Positions 9,991 to 21,102 are shown, counted from the stretch's first letter. The stretch is 64,000 nucleotides of DNA from Crocinitomicaceae bacterium (GCA_030830785.1 JAURMI010000007.1:49383-113382); one strand, 5' to 3'. Notes: generated by a model from the sequence alone, not told the origin. Made by a program: numbers and translations.

Positions 9991-12257
9991 TTATCCTGGC
10001 TTTGAGCATCAATAACTGCAATTTTAATCATGCTTGTAATTTCTCGAACACTTGCGCCGAGCTGCAGAACGTGCAAAGATTTGCGCATTCCAATGAGAAT
10101 TGGTCCGATCGCATCTAATTCATTGGTGGATTGGAGTAATTTATAGGCAATATTTCCTGCAGACAAATTTGGGAAAATCAGGGTGTTTACCTCCTTATTG
10201 GCCAAAAATGAAAAGGGGAATTTTTCATTCATGAGTTCGCCATTAAGCGCAAAATTTGCTTGCATTTCTCCATCGACAACCAAATTTGGTTGAGTTTCAT
10301 GTAAAATACGAACCGCTTTAGACATTTTATCTGGATCGGCTCCAGGAGAAGATCCAAAGTTGGAGTAGCTTAATAGAGCAATCCTAGGTTGTAATTTAAG
10401 TCGGCGTATGAACTTCGCAACATTGACGGTAATTTCTGCTATTTGCTCAGCACTTGGGTTAAGATTAACGGTAGTGTCAGCTAGAAAAAGAGGTCCTTTT
10501 TTTGTATTGAGAATGTACATTCCAGCAATCGTATTGACATCTTTTTGCAAACCAATTGTGCTTATTGCGGGCCTAAGTATTGATCGGTAACTGCGCGTAA
10601 GCCCTGTGACCATTGCGTCGGCTTGGCCCATATGAATCATCATGGCTCCAAAATAATTGCGCTCGCGCATTAGACTGATAGCTTCGTATTCGGTAATACC
10701 TTTGCGTTTGCGAAGTTCAAAATACTCATTGCCAAATTCATTGCGCCGATTTTCCTCTTCATCGGATTTGCAATCTATGATTTGAGCATCCGGAATTTCG
10801 ATTCCATACTCATTCATCAAATCGATAATGCGTTGTTTTTTTCCTAGTAGTATAATACTCGCCACCCCTTCCTCATAGGCTTGTTGTGCAGCTTTTAGTA
10901 TTTTAATGTTGTCTCCTTCCGGGAAAACAACAGTTTTTGGATTTCCCTGAGCCTTAGAAGTGATGTTTCGTTGTAATTTATTATCCAGACCCAATCTACT
11001 TTTAAGCTGATTTTCATAGTCTTCCCAGTTTTCTATTGGCTCTTGGGCAACACCTGATTCCATTGCTGCTCTAGCTACTGCAGGAGCAACATAATAAATG
11101 AGGCGTGGATCAAGGGGCTTTGGAATAATTTGTTCGCGGCCAAAAGAAATGTTTTTACCCCCATAGGCTTCAATTACTTCTTCTGGAATTGTTTCTTTGG
11201 CAAGTGCTGCAATTGCTTTAACCGCTGCAAGTTTCATTTCTTCATTTATGGTAGTGGCACGAACATCCAATGATCCTCTGAAAATATAAGGGAAGCCCAA
11301 TACATTATTGACCTGGTTGGGATGATCAGAGCGACCGGTTGCCATAATTATATCCTTGCGAACCGACGTTGCTTCTTTATATGAAATTTCTGGTTCTGGA
11401 TTTGCCAATGCAAAAACAATCGGGTTTTTAGACATAGAGGCAATCATTTCTTTGCTTACCAAACCCGCTTTTGACAAGCCTAAAAAGACATCTGCTCCTT
11501 TAAAAGCAGCCTCGAAGGCTACATCTTTTTTTTGAGTAGCAAAAATCTGCTTTATTTCATCGAGGTCAGTTCGTCCCGTATGAATAAGCCCATGAGAGTC
11601 ATACATGAATACATTTTCAGGTTTTACACCAAGGCGCTTATACAGTTGAATACATGAAACAGCTGCAGCACCGGCACCTGAGACTACAATTTTGATTTTA
11701 TCAATTTTTTTATGCGCGAGTTCTAAAGCATTGAGAAGTGCAGCAGCGCTAATGATGGCAGTTCCGTGCTGGTCGTCATGCATTATTGGAATGGTAAGCT
11801 CTTCCTTAAGTCTTCTTTCAATTTCAAATGCTTCAGGTGCTTTAATATCCTCCAAATTGATTCCTCCAAATGTTGGAGCAATGGCTTTTACTGTCTGAAT
11901 GAAATGTTCGGGATCTTTTGCATCTACCTCAATATCAAAAACATCTATATCTGCAAATATTTTGAAGAGTAGACCTTTGCCTTCCATAACGGGTTTTGAT
12001 GCTTCTGGACCTATGTCACCGAGTCCAAGGACAGCCGTGCCGTTTGTTATTACTGCTACTAAATTGCGTTTAGCCGTGTAGTCGTAAACGGCTGCTTTGT
12101 TTTCGGCGATTTTTAAACATGGCTCAGCTACACCAGGAGAATATGCTAATGAAAGGTCCCTTTGGGAAGCATATGGCTTGGTTGGAATAACTTCAATTTT
12201 TCCTGGTCGACCAGATGAGTGGTAATCCAAAGCATCTTGCTTCTTGATTTTTGACAT
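9987..12257 (-). CDS. maeB: NADP-dependent malic enzyme (malic enzyme domain plus phosphate acetyltransferase-like domain)
   Basis: 756 aa. N-terminus [23 protein letters not shown](P) fold [10 protein letters not shown]-terminal PTA-like domain. 4-nt overlap with ruvA. Confidence 0.92.
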   Translation of the reverse strand: MSKIKKQDALDYHSSGRPGKIEVIPTKPYASQRDLSLAYSPGVAEPCLKIAENKAAVYDYTAKRNLVAVITNGTAVLGLGDIGPEASKPVMEGKGLLFKIFADIDVFDIEVDAKDPEHFIQTVKAIAPTFGGINLEDIKAPEAFEIERRLKEELTIPIMHDDQHGTAIISAAALLNALELAHKKIDKIKIVVSGAGAAAVSCIQLYKRLGVKPENVFMYDSHGLIHTGRTDLDEIKQIFATQKKDVAFEAAFKGADVFLGLSKAGLVSKEMIASMSKNPIVFALANPEPEISYKEATSVRKDIIMATGRSDHPNQVNNVLGFPYIFRGSLDVRATTINEEMKLAAVKAIAALAKETIPEEVIEAYGGKNISFGREQIIPKPLDPRLIYYVAPAVARAAMESGVAQEPIENWEDYENQLKSRLGLDNKLQRNITSKAQGNPKTVVFPEGDNIKILKAAQQAYEEGVASIILLGKKQRIIDLMNEYGIEIPDAQIIDCKSDEEENRRNEFGNEYFELRKRKGITEYEAISLMRERNYFGAMMIHMGQADAMVTGLTRSYRSILRPAISTIGLQKDVNTIAGMYILNTKKGPLFLADTTVNLNPSAEQIAEITVNVAKFIRRLKLQPRIALLSYSNFGSSPGADPDKMSKAVRILHETQPNLVVDGEMQANFALNGELMNEKFPFSFLANKEVNTLIFPNLSAGNIAYKLLQSTNELDAIGPILIGMRKSLHVLQLGASVREITSMIKIAVIDAQSQDK

Positions 12258-12280
12258 TGTAGGTGCAAATTATTGAACAG

Positions 12281-12288
12281 CAAATATA
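12281..12288 (-). promoter_or_regulatory. candidate Bacteroidota -7 promoter box (TATATTTG on minus strand) upstream of maeB
   Basis: Matches TAnnTTTG, 24 nt upstream of the maeB ATG (12257). Confidence 0.3.
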
Positions 12289-12360
12289 CGAAAACCAATC
12301 TTATTCAAACTAAGTAAAAAAGCCAAAGCAAGCCTTGAACAAGCAATATTTTGACCCGTA

Positions 12361-13626
12361 CTATAAGCCTAATAAAATTTGCATTGGGTCTTTTGAACCA
12401 AATAGCATGCGCTCCGGATTTTCAAGCATTTCTTTGACTTTAACCAAGAAGCCCACAGATTCTTTGCCATCTATGATTCTGTGGTCATAGGAAAGCGCAA
12501 CAAACATTATTGGTCTGATTTGAACTTGGCCATTTATTGCAACTGGACGCTCAACAACATTGTGCATTCCAAGAATTGCAGATTGTGGTGGATTAATAAT
12601 AGGTGTTGATAGCATAGAGCCAAAAACCCCTCCGTTTGTAATTGTAAAGGTGCCGCCAGTCATGTCTTCTGGAGTAATTTTCCCATCTCTTGCTTTGACA
12701 GCTAATCGTTTAATTTCACGCTCTATTTCTGCCAAACTCATCTGTTCAGCATTGCGCACTACGGGCACCATTAACCCTTTAGGAGATGAAACTGCAATTC
12801 CAATATCGGCATAATCGTGCATTACCATTTCATTGCCATCAATCTGGGCATTTACTGCTGGATAAAGTTTAAGTGCTTCAGTAACTGCTTTGGTAAAAAA
12901 AGACATAAAACCGAGATTTACCTCATGTTGTTTAGCAAATGCTTCTTTATATTTGGAGCGGATATCCATAATAGGTTTCATATCTACTTCATTGAATGTA
13001 GTAAGCATTGCCGTTTCATTCTTAACGGCTACCAAACGCTCAGCAATTTTTCGGCGAAGCATCGACATCTTTTCTCGATGTTGATCTCTTGTGCCTCCCC
13101 ATCCTTGAGCAGCTTCTGCAGAAAATCCACCTGAAAGTGCAGCAATTACGTCTTGTTTTGTAATTCGGCCATCTTTCCCTGAGGCTTTCACTTGATTAAT
13201 GTTCAGATTATTTTCTTTGAGCATTTTGGCAGCAGCAGGCGATGGGGTCCCAGATGCATAATTCGATGCTTTAATTGGATCTGGATTTGGCGTGGGCAAT
13301 TGAGGCTTTTCTTGAATTGCAGCAGCCTCTTTGTTTTCAGGCGCTTTCTCTTCAGTTATTTGGGAAGGACTTTTTTCTTTTGCAGCTGCACTTGTATCGA
13401 TGAGGCATACAACTTGTCCTACTTTTACTGTTTCACCTTCAGCAGCTTTCAAAGTAATAATTCCACTTTCTTCAGCGGGCAACTCGAGGGTAGCTTTATC
13501 TGAATCAACCTCTGCAATTGCCTGATCTTTTTCTACATAATCGCCATCGGCAACAAGCCAAGCAGCTATTTCAACTTCTGATATTGATTCTCCCGGACTC
13601 GGAACTTTCATTTCTAATAGTGACAT
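12361..13626 (-). CDS. sucB: 2-oxoglutarate dehydrogenase E2, dihydrolipoyllysine-residue succinyltransferase
   Basis: Lipoyl domain ([13 protein letters not shown]), Ala/Pro linker, catalytic domain with DHRIIDG. Start moved to ATG 13626 ([15 protein letters not shown]) so it does not overlap the sucA 3' end; the track ORF starts at 13659. Confidence 0.92.
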   Translation of the reverse strand: MSLLEMKVPSPGESISEVEIAAWLVADGDYVEKDQAIAEVDSDKATLELPAEESGIITLKAAEGETVKVGQVVCLIDTSAAAKEKSPSQITEEKAPENKEAAAIQEKPQLPTPNPDPIKASNYASGTPSPAAAKMLKENNLNINQVKASGKDGRITKQDVIAALSGGFSAEAAQGWGGTRDQHREKMSMLRRKIAERLVAVKNETAMLTTFNEVDMKPIMDIRSKYKEAFAKQHEVNLGFMSFFTKAVTEALKLYPAVNAQIDGNEMVMHDYADIGIAVSSPKGLMVPVVRNAEQMSLAEIEREIKRLAVKARDGKITPEDMTGGTFTITNGGVFGSMLSTPIINPPQSAILGMHNVVERPVAINGQVQIRPIMFVALSYDHRIIDGKESVGFLVKVKEMLENPERMLFGSKDPMQILLGL

Positions 13627-13642
13627 GCGATTTGATTTAAAA

Positions 13643-16351
13643 TTATTTTGCAAATGCAAATATTTCTGTAAATAGTTTATTCAAACGGATTTCGTGTAAT
13701 TTTTTAGATCCTTCAGCACTAGCTGCACTTGCAGGTCTACATACGCCTTGAAGGGGGATGTGCCTTAAGTTCATGGCGATATGCGCCCAAGCACCCATAT
13801 TTGCCGGCTCTTCTTGGGCCCAAAGAATATTTTTTGGTTTATATTTCTTCAGGATGGCATCTATTTGCTTGTTTGCTAGTGGATAGAGTTGTTCAATACG
13901 CACAAAAGCCATATTCTCAACATTTAAATCTTCTGCTTTGGCTTTCAATTCGTAATAAAATTTTCCGCTACAAAATACTACAGTTGTTATCTTCTTGGCA
14001 TCAGCATTAGGATCGTCAATTACTTCTTTAAAGTGCCCTTTTTCCATTTCTTCGAGGCTTGAAGTTGCATCCGGATAACGCAGCAACATTTTTGGTGAAA
14101 ATACGATGAGTGGTTTTCGAAAATCTCTTTTAATTTGACGTCGTAAAAGGTGAAAGTGATTTGCAGGTGTCGAAGTATTGACAATTTGCATGTTTAAATC
14201 TGCACATTGTTGCAAAAAGCGCTCTAAGCGACCACTCGAATGTTCGGCTCCTTGGCCTTCATATCCATGTGGTAAAAGCATGACGAGTCCGCTTTGGGTG
14301 GCCCATTTGTCTTCGCCTGCCGAAATAAATTGATCTACAACAATTTGCGCGCCATTGAAGAAGTCACCAAATTGCGCTTCCCAAATTGTTAATCCTGTTG
14401 GATGAGCTAAGGAATAGCCATATTCAAAACCTAAAACACCATATTCAGATAATAAAGAATTATAGATGCTAAAAGCTGCTTGATCGGCAGAAAGTTGATT
14501 GAGGGTGAGAATTTTTTCTTCAGTATCTTCAGTTTTTACAACTGCATGTCTATGAGAAAAGGTGCCTCGTTCTACATCCTGTCCTGAGATTCGTACCGCA
14601 TGTCCTTCATCTAGAAGAGTAGCATATGCTAACATTTCTGCTGCGCCCCAATCTAGGTGATTGTTTTCAATAGAGGAGAGGCGGTCTTCAAAAATTTTAG
14701 CAATTTTTCTAAAATACTTTTTATTCTCGGGCAAGCTAGCAAGCTTGCGTCCTAAGGCCAACAATTGTTTTTTGTCAATACCTGTTTGAGGTGAATTTTC
14801 GAAATCTGCTTCAGTTCCATGCCTGAAGTCTTTCCAAGTCATGCTTAAAAAGTCATAAACAAGGGCTTTTTCTCTACTTCTAGAAGCCTCGAATTCTTCT
14901 TCGAGAAATTGCTGATACTCGGTTTCAATTAGTTTAGCTTCTTCGGTGCTAATGAGCGATTCTCGTGTGAGCTGTTCTAAATAAATATCACGCGGGTTAG
15001 GGTGTTTGGCTATGATATTGTACAACTTGGGTTGCGTAAATTTTGGTTCGTCACCTTCGTTGTGGCCATATTTGCGGTAACATAATAAATCTATAAAGAT
15101 ATCTCTATGAAAGGCTTGACGATATTCCATTGCAATCTCAATAGTTGTTACAATGGCCTCTATATCGTCGCCATTTACATGGAAAACAGGGCAGAGCGTC
15201 GTTTTAGCAACATCAGTGCAATAGGTCGAAGTTCGGCCGTCTAGGTAATTGGTGGTAAAACCAACTTGATTATTGACAACGATGTGGATCGTACCGCCAG
15301 TCCGATATCCATCGAGGCCAGCCATTTGAATCGTTTCATAAACGATGCCTTGTCCTGCGATAGCCGCATCACCATGTATTAAAACTGGGCAAACTTTTTC
15401 TTCTGAATGATAAACATGATCGATTTTTGCTCTTGCAATACCTTCAACGACTGTATTTACTGCTTCAAGATGGGATGGATTTGGGGCCAATGTAAGCCCA
15501 ATTTCAGCGCCGTTTTCGAGTTGAATATAGGAAGTAAAACCCTGATGGTACTTGACATCTCCATCAAAAGTGGTCGCGTAGTCAAATTCTTTTCCTTCAA
15601 ATTCTCTAAAAATGTCTCTTGGACGTTTTTCAAAAATATTGGCAAGGGTGTTTAGTCGGCCTCTGTGTGCCATACCCATGACAAAATATTCAACTCCTAA
15701 AGCGGATCCTTTGGAGACCAAAGTATCGAGTGCTGGTATAAGACCTTCCCCTCCTTCAATTGAAAAACGCTTTTGTCCAACGAATTTTTTTCCTAAAAAT
15801 GCTTCAAAACCAGTTGCTTGATTGAGTTTTTCGAATAATTTTTTCTTGCGAATTGGGTCAAACATAGGCCTATTGCTCAATTCAATTTTGTTTCGAAACC
15901 AGTCAATGCGTTCAGGATCACGCATGTACATGTATTCAATTCCTATTGACTGACAATAAGTAAGTTCGAGGTGAGCAATAATATCAGATAATTTGGCAGC
16001 GCCAATCCCAATTTGTTCCCCTGCCTGAAAAACCTCCTTGAGATCTGCCTCTTGAAGTCCGAAATGAGTAAAATCTAAATTAGGTGTGTGTTTGCGACGC
16101 TCGCGAACAGGATTGGTTTTAGTAAAAAGGTGCCCCCGTGAGCGATAGGCATTGATCAAATTGATCACGCTGAATTCCTTTAAAAAATTCTCTGGAATTT
16201 GGCCTTGTTCAAAATTGGTTTGAGCAAACTCAAATCCTTCAAAAAACTTAACCCATCCTATATCAACATTACTTGGGTTTTCCCGGTATTGTTGGTAGAG
16301 ATGTTCAATGGCGGCAACATCTGCATTGCCCACATAAGAAACTTTATCCAT
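13643..16351 (-). CDS. sucA: 2-oxoglutarate dehydrogenase E1 component
   Basis: 902 aa, typical E1o sequence (ThDP fold, [29 protein letters not shown]). Confidence 0.93.
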   Translation of the reverse strand: MDKVSYVGNADVAAIEHLYQQYRENPSNVDIGWVKFFEGFEFAQTNFEQGQIPENFLKEFSVINLINAYRSRGHLFTKTNPVRERRKHTPNLDFTHFGLQEADLKEVFQAGEQIGIGAAKLSDIIAHLELTYCQSIGIEYMYMRDPERIDWFRNKIELSNRPMFDPIRKKKLFEKLNQATGFEAFLGKKFVGQKRFSIEGGEGLIPALDTLVSKGSALGVEYFVMGMAHRGRLNTLANIFEKRPRDIFREFEGKEFDYATTFDGDVKYHQGFTSYIQLENGAEIGLTLAPNPSHLEAVNTVVEGIARAKIDHVYHSEEKVCPVLIHGDAAIAGQGIVYETIQMAGLDGYRTGGTIHIVVNNQVGFTTNYLDGRTSTYCTDVAKTTLCPVFHVNGDDIEAIVTTIEIAMEYRQAFHRDIFIDLLCYRKYGHNEGDEPKFTQPKLYNIIAKHPNPRDIYLEQLTRESLISTEEAKLIETEYQQFLEEEFEASRSREKALVYDFLSMTWKDFRHGTEADFENSPQTGIDKKQLLALGRKLASLPENKKYFRKIAKIFEDRLSSIENNHLDWGAAEMLAYATLLDEGHAVRISGQDVERGTFSHRHAVVKTEDTEEKILTLNQLSADQAAFSIYNSLLSEYGVLGFEYGYSLAHPTGLTIWEAQFGDFFNGAQIVVDQFISAGEDKWATQSGLVMLLPHGYEGQGAEHSSGRLERFLQQCADLNMQIVNTSTPANHFHLLRRQIKRDFRKPLIVFSPKMLLRYPDATSSLEEMEKGHFKEVIDDPNADAKKITTVVFCSGKFYYELKAKAEDLNVENMAFVRIEQLYPLANKQIDAILKKYKPKNILWAQEEPANMGAWAHIAMNLRHIPLQGVCRPASAASAEGSKKLHEIRLNKLFTEIFAFAK

Positions 16352-16371
16352 TTTGATAATAATATGCTTTA

Positions 16372-16379
16372 CAAAATTA
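16372..16379 (-). promoter_or_regulatory. candidate -7 promoter box (TAATTTTG on minus strand) upstream of sucA
   Basis: Matches TAnnTTTG, 21 nt upstream of the sucA ATG (16351). Confidence 0.3.
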
Positions 16380-16474
16380 TAATCAATTGTTAAGCGCCGG
16401 AAGAATTTTATAGGCCTGAATTAAATTGATTTTCTACTGAATGAACAAAGCAAATTTCACGGCGTTTTAGGATT

Positions 16475-17938
16475 ATGGAAAAAGCAATTTGTTTGGTGTT
16501 CCCGCATCAGCTTTTTGAGTTTCACCCTGCCTTTGGGAGGGTTGAATGCTTTTGGCTTATCGAGGACGAACTCTATTTTAAGCAGTTGCCCTTTCACCGT
16601 AAGAAATTGGCTTTTCATCGTGCATCCATGAGTTACTACGCAGAAAAATTGCGTAGTAAAGGTGAGAAAATTCAATATTTTACACACAACAATGCCTTGT
16701 TGAGGGATATTTTTGAAAGTTTGGGAAAATTAAATACTCGAGAAATTCATATTGTAGACCCCTCCGATTTTTTACTTGAGAAACGACTGAGGCGCTTTGC
16801 CAAATTCTTTCAGATCTCAATTGTTTGGTATGAAAACCCATCGTTTTACAATACGCCAAGTATTAACGAGCAATTGTTGGGCAAAGCTCCTAAGAGGTAC
16901 TTTATGGCGGATTTTTATAAAAAACAGCGTCAGCGTTTAGGTATTCTTTTAATGCCAAATGGTGAGCCAGAAGGTGGTCGATGGAGTTTTGATACTGATA
17001 ATAGAAAAGCGCTTCCCAAAGATTTGATCATGGCAAAAAGCCCAGTTTTCAGAAGTTCCTGGTCGGTGTGTGCAGAATCTGAAATTAGTCAGGAATTTCC
17101 CGAAAACCCTGGATCAGTTGCGCTTTTGGACTATCCTGTAACACACTCAGAAGCCAAAGAGGCATTGCACCACTTTTTAGAAAACAAGCTTTCTAGGTTT
17201 GGTCCGTATCAAGATGCTTTTAGTACGGAATCAACCTTTGTTTTTCATTCCAATTTATCTACTGCATTAAATGCTGGCCTCTTAGTTCCAAGCCAAGTTG
17301 TAGAAGCTGTTTTACTTACCTATCAAAAAGGAAATATTACTATTCAAAGCGTTGAAGGCTTTATTCGTCAGGTAATTGGTTGGCGAGAGTTCGTGCGAGC
17401 AGTTTATCAGAAAGTAGGGGTAAAGCAACGTACTAGTAATGCTTTAGCACATTCGGCCAAACTTGATTGGAATGCCTTGGGAGCACTTCCATTTTTAATT
17501 GAAACACGAAATAAAATCCAAGAATTTGCATATGCCCATCACATAGAGCGTTTAATGTTATTAGGAAATTTCTTCTTTTTGTCAGAAATCCATCCAGACG
17601 AGGTTTATCGCTTCTTTATGGCGAATTTTATGGACGCGTATGATTGGGTAATGGTTCCAAATGTTTATGGAATGAGTCAATTTGCCGATGGTGGATTGAT
17701 GACTACCAAGCCCTATTTTTCAAGTTCTAATTACCTAAAGAATCAAGGTTTTAAAATGGATAAATTGAGTGCGGCGCTTTTTGATGCCTTGTTTTGGCAT
17801 TTCGTAGACAAACATCAAGACCGCTTACGAAAAAATATAAGAACTTCACAAATGGTGGCTAATTGGATGAGAATGGCACCTGAAAAAAAAGCGGCCCACT
17901 TAACGAGGGCCGCAACATATTTTTCAAAAACTGATTAA
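16475..17938 (+). CDS. cryptochrome/photolyase family protein (COG3046 / CryPro, bacterial (6-4) photolyase-related), lacking the Fe-S cysteines
   Basis: 487 aa. Family-typical GWREF, AHHIERLM, DAYDWVMVPNVYGMSQFADGG and KPYFSSSNY segments. Only 3 Cys in the protein, all in the first 200 residues. Confidence 0.8.
   Translation: MEKAICLVFPHQLFEFHPAFGRVECFWLIEDELYFKQLPFHRKKLAFHRASMSYYAEKLRSKGEKIQYFTHNNALLRDIFESLGKLNTREIHIVDPSDFLLEKRLRRFAKFFQISIVWYENPSFYNTPSINEQLLGKAPKRYFMADFYKKQRQRLGILLMPNGEPEGGRWSFDTDNRKALPKDLIMAKSPVFRSSWSVCAESEISQEFPENPGSVALLDYPVTHSEAKEALHHFLENKLSRFGPYQDAFSTESTFVFHSNLSTALNAGLLVPSQVVEAVLLTYQKGNITIQSVEGFIRQVIGWREFVRAVYQKVGVKQRTSNALAHSAKLDWNALGALPFLIETRNKIQEFAYAHHIERLMLLGNFFFLSEIHPDEVYRFFMANFMDAYDWVMVPNVYGMSQFADGGLMTTKPYFSSSNYLKNQGFKMDKLSAALFDALFWHFVDKHQDRLRKNIRTSQMVANWMRMAPEKKAAHLTRAATYFSKTD
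17883..17913 (-). terminator. canonical intrinsic terminator for the protease gene, embedded in the 3' end of the convergent photolyase-family CDS
   Basis: Minus strand reads GCGGCCC-UCGUUAAGU-GGGCCGC-UUUUUUUU: a perfect 7-bp GC stem, 9-nt loop and U8. It starts 28 nt after the protease stop codon. Confidence 0.6.
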
Positions 17939-17941
17939 TCT

Positions 17942-20356
17942 CTAAAGTTTGATTAATCGATGGGTGTGTTGGTATCCATCTTGAATACTACGCACTTGAT
18001 AAATACCGGCCTTAAGTTGGCTGATATCCATCAAATTGATTCCGCTTTCAATGTGCGTAAGTGTTTGAATAACCTTCCCATTTATGTCTAATAAAGCTAT
18101 ACTTTGAATATTTTCAAGGTTTTTGACATCAATGTATAATTTTTCATTTGCGGGATTTGGATATACGTTTATCACCTCAAGTGAATTTTCAGAGATACCG
18201 GCCCCTGAAGTGATGTTAATTGTATAGTCTTCTGTTTCACCATAAGATGCAGGGCCACATGGTGTTATGGCACCATCCGGTTGATATGATATTCTAACAC
18301 GCATATGTACATTTCCTGTGTAAGAAGCCAATGGAACAGTAACGTCAAACACATTATTCCACCCATTGGCTACTAATACATAGGCAACCTGCTCTCCGGG
18401 GTCATCAAAATCAAAGTCGTTATTGAAATCGATCCAGGCGGAAATTTCATCGTTAGTATAGGCTGCTGATTGCGTATTATTTACAATACCAGGGGTAATA
18501 GTTAATGAATAGGTGCTGCCTTGTGCCAAAGAAGTACTCATATTTGTAAAATCAGTATAGCCATTGTTGCCACAAGATGAGGTGTTATTGATGGTATTAA
18601 AATTCACCGTATTGATGTATTCATCACAAACACCGCTTGCCGTACAAGGACCTGTTAATTGTGCCACTGTAATGTAGTTGCTTTTAATTTCATCGTCTGA
18701 TCCTTGGGCATTGCTTGCCGTCAAAGTGACCGTATACTGACCAATATTATTAAAAGTGATTTGAGGATTTTGACTTGAGGCTGAGGTGCCTCCCGAATAG
18801 GACCATCCCGATGCAGGGCTAACAGACCATGCCCAAGATGTCGGAAGCCCTAAGGATAAATCTGTAAAATTCACTGTTGTTCCAGGAGTAATATTTGTTG
18901 CATTTGCCGTAAAATTAGCGGTTGGTGCCACAGGTGTTGTAGGTGTGCATGGGTCTGAGGATCCGCCAAAAACAAGAATATTCAAATTAGCTGGATCTAA
19001 CCAAGGTTTGAGTTGTTCTGCAGTTGTACTCCCATTATTGGTCCAATGAAAGGCCATTTTACCGTATTGATCTGGGGCACTCGGTGAAGTGCAATATGAG
19101 GCACCTCCCGTTAATGTACCAATGATATTGCCGCCCGAATTATCAAAAAGTGGCGAACCAGATGAACCACCTTCGGTAACGCCATGTCCGTTGGAATTTG
19201 GTGTCCAAGTTACGCGCCAATGTGAACCTGCAGCTGATCCCCATTGGGTTGAGATGGTGTTTCCGGAAAAAGTTGAAATCTTTTTAATATCACCTGCTGG
19301 ATGATGGATGCCTGCACCGCCAGTGGTTGGCGAAGGACTCGCATTCCAACCATTCCAATAAGCGTTAAAATTGGCAGATTTAAGGTTGGTTATGACCGTA
19401 TTTTCATTGGTATTGTTGCCCATCTTTACCAAGAGAAAATCTGAGCCGGAATTTCCTCCACCATCATTGGCATCGGCAATGCGCATGCAACCTGTGATAA
19501 AGTGACTAGCTAGCGTTCCAACTGAGGTTGGATTGGTACATGTAGGTGCTTCATAGCCAAAATAGAATTTCCATTGATTCATGTTTGCTGCTGAACTATT
19601 TACGCCACAATGCAAGGCCGTTAATAAATAAGGCTTACAATCTTGGGCAGTATTGTTGATCAAAGAACCAGTGCACCATCCCGCTTGGTTTCCTTCAACT
19701 ACATAAACTCTTGCAACACCTCGTTTTTGATTTTGCCAAGCGTCTCCAACAGGTGAGCAATTTACATTTACCTCACACGGATCGGATTCATTAATTTTTT
19801 CAGCACTTCCAAATCCAGTCGAGCGGTAGTTGTACATGATGCGATCGATAAAAATTTCTGAAGGCGTTGTGAAGGCAGGTTCAGTGAGCGTAAGCACATG
19901 CGTAGATCCAGCGCAAAGCGCTGCATTTTGCATTTGATGAGACTCAACATCCTTGCTTGTCAAAAGCGGATGAACCTCTTGTCCATATAAATTTTGAATG
20001 CGCAAAGTGCTACCTCCATAGAGTACAAAATGCTCAAATAGGTAGCTGATTGCTTCTGCTCCTGGAGCAGAAATAATCATTTGCCAAACGCGGCTTCCGT
20101 CAGGTTGGTTAATCCAGGCGCCTTCTTGATTTGGGTTGATGTTGGTTTGTACTGCAACCCCGATTCGATACAACATGCCTTGTTTGTCACGGTAGTCATC
20201 TTCAGAGCGGATAGCATTTAGTTCTGGCGCCTGTAAATGGCGCGTTGGGATAGCCTTACTTAGTTGAATCTTTGTGGTTTGTGAAAGATTATTTTGACCA
20301 CAAACTGAAAACTGAAGACTAAGCAATAGGAGCCCAAAACGTAAAAATTTGTACAT
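17942..20356 (-). CDS. T9SS-secreted trypsin-like (lysyl endopeptidase-like, S1) serine protease with PKD, GEVED and C-terminal sorting domains
   Basis: Signal peptide; TALHCG and GGSSGSPLF catalytic motifs; PKD-like repeat (ANFTANATNITPGTTVNFTD...YTVTLTASN); GEVED motif (YGETEDYTINI); C-terminal VYPNPANEKLYIDV...YQVR T9SS CTD. Confidence 0.85.
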   Translation of the reverse strand: MYKFLRFGLLLLSLQFSVCGQNNLSQTTKIQLSKAIPTRHLQAPELNAIRSEDDYRDKQGMLYRIGVAVQTNINPNQEGAWINQPDGSRVWQMIISAPGAEAISYLFEHFVLYGGSTLRIQNLYGQEVHPLLTSKDVESHQMQNAALCAGSTHVLTLTEPAFTTPSEIFIDRIMYNYRSTGFGSAEKINESDPCEVNVNCSPVGDAWQNQKRGVARVYVVEGNQAGWCTGSLINNTAQDCKPYLLTALHCGVNSSAANMNQWKFYFGYEAPTCTNPTSVGTLASHFITGCMRIADANDGGGNSGSDFLLVKMGNNTNENTVITNLKSANFNAYWNGWNASPSPTTGGAGIHHPAGDIKKISTFSGNTISTQWGSAAGSHWRVTWTPNSNGHGVTEGGSSGSPLFDNSGGNIIGTLTGGASYCTSPSAPDQYGKMAFHWTNNGSTTAEQLKPWLDPANLNILVFGGSSDPCTPTTPVAPTANFTANATNITPGTTVNFTDLSLGLPTSWAWSVSPASGWSYSGGTSASSQNPQITFNNIGQYTVTLTASNAQGSDDEIKSNYITVAQLTGPCTASGVCDEYINTVNFNTINNTSSCGNNGYTDFTNMSTSLAQGSTYSLTITPGIVNNTQSAAYTNDEISAWIDFNNDFDFDDPGEQVAYVLVANGWNNVFDVTVPLASYTGNVHMRVRISYQPDGAITPCGPASYGETEDYTINITSGAGISENSLEVINVYPNPANEKLYIDVKNLENIQSIALLDINGKVIQTLTHIESGINLMDISQLKAGIYQVRSIQDGYQHTHRLIKL

Positions 20357-20382
20357 ACTTGATGAGTTTATAGTAATTTCAT

Positions 20383-20390
20383 CAAAAATA
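20383..20390 (-). promoter_or_regulatory. candidate -7 promoter box (TATTTTTG on minus strand) upstream of the protease gene
   Basis: Matches TAnnTTTG, 27 nt upstream of the ATG at 20356. Confidence 0.3.
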
Positions 20391-20410
20391 TAATTTTTCG
20401 AGCAAAAAGT

Positions 20411-21097
20411 ATGTACCGAATTTGTTTAGTTGAAGATGAATTGAGTTTGCGAGATATGATTGCACTCAATCTTCAGTTAGAAGGTTATTCAATTTCAGTT
20501 TATGTGGATGGTGCTCAGGCAAAAGAAGTATTTCAAGGTCCAATTCATTACGATTTAATCATTTTGGACGTAATGTTACCTCATGTTTCTGGATTTGATT
20601 TATGCAAAACAATCCGCCTTCAAAGTAGTGTTCCTGTGTTGTTTTTATCGGCCAAAGGGACTACCGCTGATAGAGTAGCGGGTTTAAAATTAGGCGCTAA
20701 TGATTATTTGGTTAAACCATTTGATCTGGAAGAACTTTTACTCAAGGTAAAGATATTATTAAAAGGAGCCAACCAGCCAGATTCAGGACTTGCCAACCGA
20801 ATTGGCACCAAAATAATTGACTTCACAACTTTTGAGGTAAGAACAATGGATAATCACCTATTGCACACTTTTACTAAACGAGAAGCCCAATTATTAGAGC
20901 TATTCATAGAAAAGGAAGGGAAAGTCATTTCACGCAATGAAATTCTAGATAGGTTGTGGGGTTCAGAGCAAATTCCAACTTCTCGCACCATAGATAATTA
21001 TATTTTGAATTTTCGAAAATTGTTTGAAACGGATGCAAAAAATCCAAAGTTGTTTCAATCTATACGTGGTGTTGGATATAAGTTTGTGAGAGATTAA
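20411..21097 (+). CDS. OmpR/PhoB-type response regulator (receiver plus winged-helix), no cognate kinase adjacent
   Basis: 228 aa. Receiver motifs (VEDE, DLIILDVMLP, KP), C-terminal trans_reg_C-like RGVGYKF. Confidence 0.88.
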   Translation: MYRICLVEDELSLRDMIALNLQLEGYSISVYVDGAQAKEVFQGPIHYDLIILDVMLPHVSGFDLCKTIRLQSSVPVLFLSAKGTTADRVAGLKLGANDYLVKPFDLEELLLKVKILLKGANQPDSGLANRIGTKIIDFTTFEVRTMDNHLLHTFTKREAQLLELFIEKEGKVISRNEILDRLWGSEQIPTSRTIDNYILNFRKLFETDAKNPKLFQSIRGVGYKFVRD

Positions 21098-21102
21098 TTT
21101 GC

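Noticed and set aside
12560-13525. Cluster of plus-strand ORFs (84-105 aa) antisense to sucB, and similar ones in sucA and maeB
   Set aside because: They overlap highly conserved metabolic genes and have low-complexity or Cys/Phe-rich translations with no support.
16457-16687. 76-aa minus-strand ORF spanning the sucA/photolyase intergenic region and the 5' end of the photolyase-family gene
   Set aside because: It mostly overlaps the well-supported plus-strand CDS, has no recognisable domain, and would leave no promoter space.
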